Assembly: GCF_037902255.1 (NCBI RefSeq)
Contig: NZ_CP147990.1
Location: 210,001-242,000 of the forward strand
Length of the DNA stretch: 32,000 nt
Reading direction: 5' to 3'
Origin: Candidatus Electrothrix sp. GW3-4
GTDB lineage: Bacteria; Desulfobacterota; Desulfobulbia; Desulfobulbales; Desulfobulbaceae
Shown: positions 25,068 to 32,000 of the stretch, one piece after another
How positions within the stretch are numbered: the stretch's first letter is position 1
Layout: each line of letters begins with the position of its first letter
Translations under genes and position numbers: made by a program
The notes under the pieces: generated by a model
The model's database searches: none
What the model saw: the letters and a program-made list of their open reading frames with translations, nothing else
Told to the model about the DNA's origin: nothing

Positions 25068-25156
25068 AAGAGTGCTGAATGAATACGTATTTTTAAATCT
25101 GTCTATTGCCGCTTCAATCGCAACTATTCTCCGACAGAAACACAATCGTACTTGCA

Positions 25157-25342
25157 ATGAAAAATAACCACAATGCAAGTATGGCAAATTCCGGCATACT
25201 TGAAATAGCTAAAAAAGCTATCGGCAATGCTTTACTGCACCACAAAGCAATTGGTAACGAAATTGTGTTCTGGAAAGACGGCAAGATCGTTCGTGAAAAA
25301 CTAACAGCAGAGACACAGACACCGAAAATTCCCCAAAGCTAA
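25157..25342 (+). CDS. Small hypothetical protein (61 aa)
   Basis: I preferred ATG 25157 over TTG 25106. The gene ends 3 nt before the next gene, so it is possibly co-transcribed. No family was recognised. Confidence 0.4.
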   Translation: MKNNHNASMANSGILEIAKKAIGNALLHHKAIGNEIVFWKDGKIVREKLTAETQTPKIPQS

Positions 25343-25345
25343 ACA

Positions 25346-26899
25346 ATGCTCAAACCCCTACCAACCAGCATCCAGACATTCTGCGATCTTATCAACGGCG
25401 GCTACCTCTACATTGATAAGACGCAGTATCTCTACGAACTGGTCCGCTACCCCAAGGGTGTCTATTTTCTCGCCAGACCGCGCCGTTTCGGCAAGAGCCT
25501 GCTGATTTCCACCCTGGACGAGATTTTCCAAGGCAATAAAGAACTGTTCAAAGGGCTGTGGCTTTATAACAGTCCCTATCAATGGCAGCAACATCCAGTC
25601 ATTCGGATTGATTTCAGTCGTCATCGCATTCGGAATGAAGCAGACTTGGAAGTACGGATTCATCGCCACCTGAGTCTTATCGCCCGGCAATATAACATCA
25701 ATCTGCCGGACGCTCCTTTTGACATCCGGTTTGAAGAGTTGATTTTATCGCTGGGAACGGAAAAACAGGTTGTTATCCTTATTGACGAATACGACAAACC
25801 GTTGATCGACAACTTGGAAAGAATAGAAGATGCCCAAGCGATTCAACAGGTTCTGAGGGAGTTCTATACGGTTATAAAGTCTATGGATCAGTATATCCGT
25901 TTCGTCTTTATCACGGGGGTCAGCAGATTCAGCCGGGTCGGGGTCTTCTCGTCCATGAATAACCTCCTTGATCTGACAATGCACCCTGATTTTGCCGGAT
26001 TACTGGGATTGACCGAAAATGAAATTAGACAGTCTTTTCAAGGCTACCTGACGAAATTTGCCGAAGAAAAAAATATTTCCGAGGTTGCATTGCTGGATCA
26101 GATGCGCCGATGGTATGACGGATTTCGTTTTGTCGACGGCAGCGAGCGGCTCTACAATCCTTTTTCCACCATGCATTTTTTTCATAACCGACGCTTTGCC
26201 AATTATTGGTTTGAAACCGGTACCCCCTCTTTTTTGATCAAGCTCATCAAAGAACAGAATTTCGATGTCACCCGGCTCGAACACCTTGAACTCAGAGAAA
26301 CCGCCTTCAGCACCTATGAGCTGGAAAACTTGGCCGTCATCCCGCTGCTGGTCCAGACCGGCTATCTGACTATTAAGGAGTATGATCAGGAGAACCGTAA
26401 ATATACCTTGGGGCATCCCAATTATGAAGTCAAAGACGCCTTTTCCGTCCATCTGCTGGGGGCCTTCAGCTCGGTGAACTACGGGCTCGGCGAGTCGTAT
26501 CTCTGGCAATTGATCGACGCTTTGCAGGCTGGAGAGTTAGAAGAATTCTTCACCATCCTGGATGTCTTCTTCGCCAACATCGACTATCAGCTTCATCTGA
26601 AATATGAAAAATATTATCAGACCATTTTTTACCTGATTTTCCTGCTGCTCGGCTTACGGGTCGAGGCCGAGGTGGAGACCAACAAGGGGAGGATTGATGC
26701 TGTGGTGGAGTTGAAGGAAGCCGTCTTTCTTTTTGAATTCAAGCTGGACGGCAGCGTAGACGAGGCCCTGCGTCAGATCATAACTCGGGAGTATTATAAG
26801 AAATATATTTTAAAGGGGAAGCCGGTGACCCTGGTGGGTGTTAACTTCGACAGCGAAAAACGTGGGGTAGCTGAGTGGCGGGGTGAGCTTGTTGCGTAG
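25346..26899 (+). CDS. AAA-ATPase-like protein with a C-terminal PD-(D/E)XK nuclease domain (PDDEXK_9 type)
   Basis: The N-terminus FCDLINGGYLYIDKTQYLYELV....YFLARPRRFGKSLLISTL is characteristic of the family. The C-terminus has GRIDAVVEL...FLFEFKLDGS (D..E.K). Confidence 0.88.
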   Translation: MLKPLPTSIQTFCDLINGGYLYIDKTQYLYELVRYPKGVYFLARPRRFGKSLLISTLDEIFQGNKELFKGLWLYNSPYQWQQHPVIRIDFSRHRIRNEADLEVRIHRHLSLIARQYNINLPDAPFDIRFEELILSLGTEKQVVILIDEYDKPLIDNLERIEDAQAIQQVLREFYTVIKSMDQYIRFVFITGVSRFSRVGVFSSMNNLLDLTMHPDFAGLLGLTENEIRQSFQGYLTKFAEEKNISEVALLDQMRRWYDGFRFVDGSERLYNPFSTMHFFHNRRFANYWFETGTPSFLIKLIKEQNFDVTRLEHLELRETAFSTYELENLAVIPLLVQTGYLTIKEYDQENRKYTLGHPNYEVKDAFSVHLLGAFSSVNYGLGESYLWQLIDALQAGELEEFFTILDVFFANIDYQLHLKYEKYYQTIFYLIFLLLGLRVEAEVETNKGRIDAVVELKEAVFLFEFKLDGSVDEALRQIITREYYKKYILKGKPVTLVGVNFDSEKRGVAEWRGELVA

Positions 26900-27099
26900 G
26901 CGCACAAAGCGGAAAGGCATCAGATATATTCAACGTTTTGCTTTGAGCGATTTTAAAAGATCCTATTGAAGCTATTAATAAAGTATGATGGAGAGGATAG
27001 AATCCTTTAAGGGGGGGGGCAGTGCCGGAAGAACAAGGACATTGTTGTTGATTCCCTGCATCTGCTGGCGCATCTCTTCGGCATTTGCATTGAAAATGC

Positions 27100-27233
27100 A
27101 GAATATTCTTCCCTATACACGGTGTTTCGCTGCCGGTGCCATGATTTTTGTGGTTGTGAAAGATGAGTTTTTTCTTTTTTGCTGTCAGCCCTGCATAGGA
27201 GCGGCGGTATATTTTGTTGCAGATAATCTTTAA
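27100..27233 (+). pseudogene. Possible fragment of a ZIP-family (ZupT/GufA-like) metal transporter
   Basis: CFAAGAMIFVVVKDE resembles the conserved GFAAGAMxFVVxxEl motif of the last ZIP TM helices. No other ZIP motifs flank it. Confidence 0.25.
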
Positions 27234-27249
27234 AATCATGAGGAATTAT

Positions 27250-27795
27250 ATGAATCATTGGCCAAGACAATTGTTCTTTTCTGTCACCCTATCTGTAATG
27301 CTGCTTTGCTTTTCCTCTGCGCAGGCGGTAGAGAACCGTGTTGTTGTGGTGCCATTACTGGGAGGAAACAGCAGTGCTGCCGCTACCGAGAAAGAGGTAT
27401 ATATTCCGGCCCATATGTTTCGACCTGTCCTGTCAATGACCGCATGGAGTTTCGAGGAGGAAGGGGCAATTATCAATCCGAATGATGCCAGTTACTGGAT
27501 TGCGCCGATTTTACTCCCGGTGGGCGCCACGATTATCTCTTTAGAGCTTGTGTTTAAAAATGCTGTGGCAAATAGCGGGACGAGCTCGGTGATGCTGCAT
27601 CTTCTTAACCAGGCAAATGCACAGGGTCTCGATTTTATTTCTCAAAACTCGTTTGTAACTACAGCCGGGGTTCAAACAGTGAAAAGAGAGGATATTAACT
27701 GGGTAATCTCAGAAGCCTACCATGCCTCTGTGAGAGTTTATTTAGGAAACACCAACCGGTGGCTGCTTGGAGTAAAAGTGGTCTATTCCGATTAA
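27250..27795 (+). CDS. Secreted hypothetical protein (181 aa)
   Basis: GAGGAA lies 4 nt before ATG 27250. The signal peptide is MNHWPRQLFFSVTLSVMLLCFSSAQA. No family was recognised. Confidence 0.65.
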   Translation: MNHWPRQLFFSVTLSVMLLCFSSAQAVENRVVVVPLLGGNSSAAATEKEVYIPAHMFRPVLSMTAWSFEEEGAIINPNDASYWIAPILLPVGATIISLELVFKNAVANSGTSSVMLHLLNQANAQGLDFISQNSFVTTAGVQTVKREDINWVISEAYHASVRVYLGNTNRWLLGVKVVYSD

Positions 27796-27864
27796 GGGAT
27801 ACAACTCCCTTAGGTTCCAAAAAAGATTTCCGGCCGGAGTTGACTCCACGCTTTTTCAGGCGCC

Positions 27865-29052
27865 TCACAGCCATTTTTTCTTGCGAAAATACCAGAATAA
27901 CCCTGCCGGGATTGCCAAGAAAAGAGCCCACAGGATCGGGTAGGCCCATTTCCAGTGCAGTTCAGGCATGTATTCGAAATTCATGCCATAGATCCCGGCT
28001 AAAAAGGTCAGGGGAATAAAGACTGAGGCAAAGAGGGTGAGGACTTTCATGACCTCGTTCATTCTATTGCTGAGGCCGGAGATATAGAGCGAGGACAGGC
28101 CTGCCAGCAGCTCCCGGTAAGACTCCACTGCCTCGCTGAGGCGCAGGGCATGGTCAGAGACATCCCTGAAATAGATCTTGGTCCGCTCATGAATCAGCTT
28201 TGAATCACTGCGCAGGATAGCGCCAGTGAGTTCTTTAATCGGCACGACATGCTTTCTAATAAAGATTGCCTCCCGCTTGAGCTGCTGGATGGTCACTGGC
28301 ATATCCTTGGTGGGCTCAGAAAAAAGGAGCCGGTCTTCCAGCAGGGTGATGGTGTCATCAACGGTATCGGTCAGCAGGAAGAGCTGATCAACCAGGATGT
28401 CGAGCAAGGCATAGGCCAGATAATCCGCACCCATGCTTCGGAGCTTTCCTCTTCGCATGTTGATGCGCCGAATCAGTGGCTGAAAGAGATCATCGGTCCG
28501 TTCCCTGAAGACAACCACGGCATTGGCCAGAATCAGCAGGCTGATCTGCTCATGTTCCACCACCAGGTCACCGTCTTCCTCATCATTGAAGGTATTGAGG
28601 TTGCTGGTGACGATAAAGAGATAGGAGTCGTAGATCTCCAGCTTGGGACGTTGATGGGTGGTGAGGATATCTTCGATAACAAGCGGGTGAATGCCTGCCA
28701 TTGTCCCTATCTTTTCGATTAGATCAACGTCGGCCAGCCCTTCCACCGTAATCCAGGTCACGCTGTTATTGTCATCAAAGCCATCAAGCTGCTCTGGCAT
28801 CCCGATCCGTTCCTGCTCAACTGTATCTCTATTATAGGTCACCTTGCTGATAACCGTTTCCAGCTGGCAAAAATCACCCACATGAACAATGGAGCCAGGG
28901 GGCAGGCCTGTCTTTTCTGAGGGATTGGTCAGGGATTCTTTGGGATGGCGCTTCATTTTGTTGCGTTTTTTCTGCGGGTATGTAGGGAATTGCTGAATCT
29001 TCTTACGTGATTTTCTTGATTTTTCCTTGGGCTTTTTTCCTGATTTTATCAT
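27865..29052 (-). CDS. corA: CorA-family magnesium/cobalt transporter
   Basis: The C-terminal YGMNFEYMPE (GMN signature) lies between two TM helices. The start is ambiguous: ATG 29052 gives a Lys-rich 32-aa extension, and ATG 28956 (MKRHPKE...GLPPGSIVHVGD) is an alternative. Confidence 0.9.
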   Translation of the reverse strand: MIKSGKKPKEKSRKSRKKIQQFPTYPQKKRNKMKRHPKESLTNPSEKTGLPPGSIVHVGDFCQLETVISKVTYNRDTVEQERIGMPEQLDGFDDNNSVTWITVEGLADVDLIEKIGTMAGIHPLVIEDILTTHQRPKLEIYDSYLFIVTSNLNTFNDEEDGDLVVEHEQISLLILANAVVVFRERTDDLFQPLIRRINMRRGKLRSMGADYLAYALLDILVDQLFLLTDTVDDTITLLEDRLLFSEPTKDMPVTIQQLKREAIFIRKHVVPIKELTGAILRSDSKLIHERTKIYFRDVSDHALRLSEAVESYRELLAGLSSLYISGLSNRMNEVMKVLTLFASVFIPLTFLAGIYGMNFEYMPELHWKWAYPILWALFLAIPAGLFWYFRKKKWL

Positions 29053-29144
29053 ATTGCTCAGGTCGTGGTTCCGTGCCGTTTCATCTCATCGTCAAGCGCT
29101 CTCTCCTCTTGCCAATAGAATACGCAAAGAATCCACCGGCGTCT

Positions 29145-29675
29145 TTATCTTTTTCTCCTGCACAGCAGAATATCCAGGGCTACATAGAGCATGAGCAGTC
29201 CCAGGGGAAAGAAAAAAAGACTGAGTCCCAGCGGAAGCCAGGTGGCCTGCCAGACCCGCAAGGGTTCTGTGGTGTGGGATTGGAGAAAGTCTTTGATTGT
29301 CTTGGCGGTGTTTTTGGCGAGAAAGCCGCCGGTTTCATCAAAGCTGTTCAGTGGGATTGTATCCGAGCTGGTCTGGAGCACGACCCTGTCCGTGACCAGC
29401 CGTTCTGTTTTGCCGGACCGTCGTTTTTCTGAGGATTCCTTGGATACATAGGCATCTTTCAGATCAAGAACGTCTTGGGATTTGATTGGAATCAGGCCGA
29501 CTGCCCGTTCCTGCAAGTGGCAGTCGACCTGATTTGGTTCCACATATTCACAGGTCAGGATGGAGACCGGATAGACGTAGAAGAGCACTGACGTGAGAGC
29601 GACCGTGAAGAGGCCAAAGAAGAACAGAACACAGACATCAAAGACCCGTGATTCTTTTTTGCTTCCCTTCTTCAT
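29145..29675 (-). CDS. Bitopic membrane protein, paralogue of 8249-8803
   Basis: The architecture matches 8249-8803: a basic N-terminus, a TM helix, a ~110-aa domain and a TM helix. Shared patches include VD......LIP, VLQ.S and I..F..S..EP..VW. Confidence 0.65.
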   Translation of the reverse strand: MKKGSKKESRVFDVCVLFFFGLFTVALTSVLFYVYPVSILTCEYVEPNQVDCHLQERAVGLIPIKSQDVLDLKDAYVSKESSEKRRSGKTERLVTDRVVLQTSSDTIPLNSFDETGGFLAKNTAKTIKDFLQSHTTEPLRVWQATWLPLGLSLFFFPLGLLMLYVALDILLCRRKR

Positions 29676-29804
29676 TTATTTTCTCTCCCATCGTCCGGTG
29701 GAGCGGCTTGTAAAAAGTTTTTTTTCTGTTTTCCGCTGAGGCCGTGAAGAGCTTGTTGACAATCGATCAAGGAACTGCCCTGACTACAGGTAGTCGATTG
29801 CACA

Positions 29805-30341
29805 TTATTTTCTTCCAATCCTGGTCATCCGTAATCTAATTTCTGTAACGACTTGGCCGCCAACTGAAATATCATTGACAAGTGTCAGGGTATTCTCATC
29901 CTCAAAATGCCAGGTACCGTGATCCAACATGATTACACCTCCGCCCAGGTCTTGGCTTTTTTCAAGGACTAACGTATCAGGTTCGGTAAACTGACCGGTC
30001 CAGGTAAACGCCTGGCCAAAACTGTTGAAGCAGGACCAGTTGACAAGGTCGGATGCAACATCATAGCCTGCCATTACCCCTTCATTATAAGTGAGTTCCT
30101 CTGATGTGAGTTTAGATGTACATTGCAGTCCCCAGCCTCCTGCAACTATACGGCAATACTGGTACCCTTCTCCCGTTATAGTCGGTTCTCCGACGTTTGT
30201 CAGGCTGGCTTCTCCGACCCAAATCCCTTTAAATTTGTAGAGATCGGTTATAGTTTCCGGTATGTCTTGAGAAGAGGCGAGACTACCTGTACAAAACAAA
30301 AACACGCAGGCAAGTATTGGCAAGAACATTCGTTTACTCAT
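29805..30341 (-). CDS. Secreted hypothetical protein (178 aa), possibly a lipocalin-like/DUF1579-like beta-barrel
   Basis: The signal peptide is MSKRMFLPILACVFLFCTGSLASS. The composition is beta-rich. The family call is tentative. Confidence 0.6.
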   Translation of the reverse strand: MSKRMFLPILACVFLFCTGSLASSQDIPETITDLYKFKGIWVGEASLTNVGEPTITGEGYQYCRIVAGGWGLQCTSKLTSEELTYNEGVMAGYDVASDLVNWSCFNSFGQAFTWTGQFTEPDTLVLEKSQDLGGGVIMLDHGTWHFEDENTLTLVNDISVGGQVVTEIRLRMTRIGRK

Positions 30342-30415
30342 TTTTTCTCCTCCATTTTGAATTCAGTGAGTTTCACGCTATATTCAGCAGTGTGATTCCT
30401 TTTTTCTGCTTCTTC

Positions 30416-30874
30416 TCATCCGTTTCCGGTGCCGTTGCTCGGTTTATCCCGTTTCGGGCCGGGTCGGAAGGCTTTGAGGAAGTCAAAAAGATACTGGGCC
30501 TGGCTACGAATTTCGGGATAGGCGTTTTTAAATTCCCGGATGCGCCGGGAGGATTTGTACAGCCCTTCCATACAGCGGGAGGTGGCTTGCAGGCGTTGGT
30601 GATAGACTGACTGTTGCAGCTCGTCCAGGAGGTATTCAATGGGTTCAAGACGCTTGACCTCGGCCAGGCCCTGATTAAGGTCGGCCATGACCTCCGGGCT
30701 CAGGCGCAGGGTTTCGTTATGCCCCAGCACCAGGCTGGCGGTATCGTCCACCATTGCCTGATAGCCGGGCAGGGCCTTGTGCAGTGCTTGCACGTCTGAT
30801 GGATCAAGGGGAGGCGTCAAGTTCACGTCCAGTAATTCCGCAACCTGTTCGATGGTGACACGTTCTTCTGGCAT
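30416..30874 (-). CDS. Hypothetical protein (152 aa), intact paralogue of pseudogene 16527-16846
   Basis: GGGAGGA SD lies upstream of ATG 30874. No family was recognised. Confidence 0.7.
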   Translation of the reverse strand: MPEERVTIEQVAELLDVNLTPPLDPSDVQALHKALPGYQAMVDDTASLVLGHNETLRLSPEVMADLNQGLAEVKRLEPIEYLLDELQQSVYHQRLQATSRCMEGLYKSSRRIREFKNAYPEIRSQAQYLFDFLKAFRPGPKRDKPSNGTGNG

Positions 30875-30914
30875 TGCAAAGTCCTCCCTATAAGGATTTT
30901 ATGGATTTGTAATT

Positions 30915-30943
30915 ACGTTAAAACGTTGGTTTTTTGTTGTCAA
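30915..30943 (-). promoter_or_regulatory. Sigma-70-like promoter (TTGACA-17 nt-TAACGT) upstream of gene 30416-30874
   Basis: Read on the minus strand. The paralogous pseudogene also has TTGACA with a 17-nt spacer. Confidence 0.3.
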
Positions 30944-31067
30944 GGGAAAAAAGGGTGGGGCTGGGTGGAGCTAGGAATAGTCTGGGTCAAGGCAGGCGGA
31001 TTCTGAGTTAAAGGCAGGAGCGGTCTGGGTAAAAACAGAACATTTTTCTGCTAACCTTGATGAAATG

Positions 31068-31832
31068 CTAATCTTTGTTGTCTTTATCTTCTGTTAAAAG
31101 CGTCTTGATTTGATCTGCAATAGGGGTGAAATTATAAATTTCTTCTTTCTCGTTAGTTTCTACTTTTCTTAAAAGATTAAGAGATAAAAGCCGATTGATT
31201 TTATCTTTCATTTTTTCATCTCGATAGACATATAGTGAGCTTCTTGTTACGAGAGAGCAATAAGGTTCAGGTGCAGAGATTACTGTTGAAGCAGTAAGCA
31301 TGTGCCTTTTTCCATCACTACTTACTTTTGATGGGCTTGGTTTAGGCTGTTTTTCTTCAGTAAAAATTCTTATATCAGTAAATGTTTCTTCCTTATGTGT
31401 TCGTTCAACGATGAACTTAGCTTCTTTTGCTGAAATATCGCGAAGGGTTCTTGTTAAAACTTCAGCTTCATATTCTAATTCAGAAGCCGTTTCTGGCTTG
31501 AATGAGTTCCTAATAGCCCTTTTGAGATACTCAATTTTTTCTTCATCAACTGTACTCAGCATACAATTTATCGCATCTCCGATAATTTTATACTGAGCAT
31601 CAGTTAGTTCATTGATCCTCAATCCTTGTTTGTTGATAGATTCCTCTAGATCTTTGATAGCAGCCTCTATCCTTTTAACATGTCTCCCATGAGCAAGAGT
31701 GCCTGTCAATAAAGGAAGAAATGAAGCTATTCCTCCACTAAGTACACCTATTCCTGTTGTTACCAAGGTTGTCGATAAAGAACCAGCAACTGATTCTATT
31801 TTACTTTTTTCTTCCATCTCTTTTTTTCTCAA
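31068..31832 (-). CDS. Hypothetical protein (254 aa) in an AT-rich patch, with an N-terminal Gly-rich hydrophobic segment
   Basis: The ORF has AT-rich codon usage unlike its flanks. The N-terminal segment is TTLVTTGIGVLSGGIASFLPLLTGTL. No family was recognised. Confidence 0.65.
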   Translation of the reverse strand: MRKKEMEEKSKIESVAGSLSTTLVTTGIGVLSGGIASFLPLLTGTLAHGRHVKRIEAAIKDLEESINKQGLRINELTDAQYKIIGDAINCMLSTVDEEKIEYLKRAIRNSFKPETASELEYEAEVLTRTLRDISAKEAKFIVERTHKEETFTDIRIFTEEKQPKPSPSKVSSDGKRHMLTASTVISAPEPYCSLVTRSSLYVYRDEKMKDKINRLLSLNLLRKVETNEKEEIYNFTPIADQIKTLLTEDKDNKD

Positions 31833-31852
31833 TTCTCCCCTACGCTTTTATG

Positions 31853-31999
31853 TTAAAGCGTCTTCCGATATTTTAAAATCAAACAGGTAGGATAGATCAT
31901 CCCTGAAATAACCTGCTCGGTAGCCGGAAAATCCGTTTTTTCTTCCAGCAGCTCCAGCCGGGCAGCCTGTAGTACCGTCGGATCAAGGTACTCCATCAT
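31853..31999 (-). CDS. Possible small or partial ORF at the window edge (MMEYLDPTVLQAARLELLEEKTDFPATEQVISGMI...)
   Basis: The frame is open to the window end, so it may continue upstream beyond 32000. The last ~12 codons run into the AT-rich patch. Confidence 0.3.
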   Translation of the reverse strand: MMEYLDPTVLQAARLELLEEKTDFPATEQVISGMIYPTCLILKYRKTL

Positions 32000-32000
32000 C

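Noticed and set aside
26000-26509. A 169-aa minus-strand ORF inside the AAA-ATPase-like gene.
   Set aside because: It is antisense to a confidently recognised gene and has no motifs.
28957-29052. A Lys-rich 32-aa N-terminal extension of CorA, considered as a separate feature or signal.
   Set aside because: Neither candidate start has a good SD, so I could not decide between them. I treated it as start-site ambiguity of corA rather than as a feature.
30960-31050. Short repeated words (GTCTGGGTnAA, AAGGCAGG) upstream of gene 30416-30874, considered as possible regulator sites or a sigma-54 promoter.
   Set aside because: There are only two loose copies each, and no TGGCAC-N5-TTGC element. This is insufficient to distinguish from chance.

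Overview
This is a 32-kb chromosomal window, roughly 50-55% GC by eye (not computed). Housekeeping anchors are a partial AmmeMemoRadiSam radical-SAM gene, uvrA, a pair of FtsX-type ABC permeases and corA. Between them lies a lot of accessory and decaying material. I recognised no rRNA, tRNA, CRISPR array, transposase or integrase. Family assignments are from memory of sequence motifs; no searches were run.

Main points:
1. A translationally coupled two-gene module sits on the minus strand (7591-8028 and 5472-7610). A small helical protein and a 712-aa TPR protein share a 36-aa Gly/Asn/Asp-rich motif, C-terminal in the first and N-terminal in the second. This is the architecture of amyloid-templating effector/sensor pairs (Bell/BASS-like), but no NTPase domain is present. 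It is my best candidate for an undescribed system.
2. A sharply AT-rich island of about 3.4 kb (21.7-25.1 kb) holds three overlapping genes. They read as a Lamassu / ABC-3C defence system: an Mrr-like nuclease effector, a middle component and an SMC/Rad50-like ABC ATPase. Uma2 and AAA-ATPase-like/PD-(D/E)XK genes flank it.
3. Two same-orientation arrays of a 42-bp tandem repeat (13296-13389 and 16078-16310) bracket a 2.6-kb patch of toxin-antitoxin genes. A 62-bp direct repeat flanks the brnT/antitoxin pair.
4. Gene decay is pervasive. hipA is reduced to its C-terminal third behind an intact hipB. There is a 29-codon vapC tail, and a start-less, internally deleted paralogue of gene 30416-30874. 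There is also a 130-bp fragment copy of the NlpC/P60 gene and a possible ZIP-transporter fragment.
5. Other features are a 23-bp x6 iteron-like array and a Cys-rich secreted protein with an internal duplication and a poly-Lys tract. A six-blade repeat protein has an ORF that runs 354 nt antisense into uvrA.
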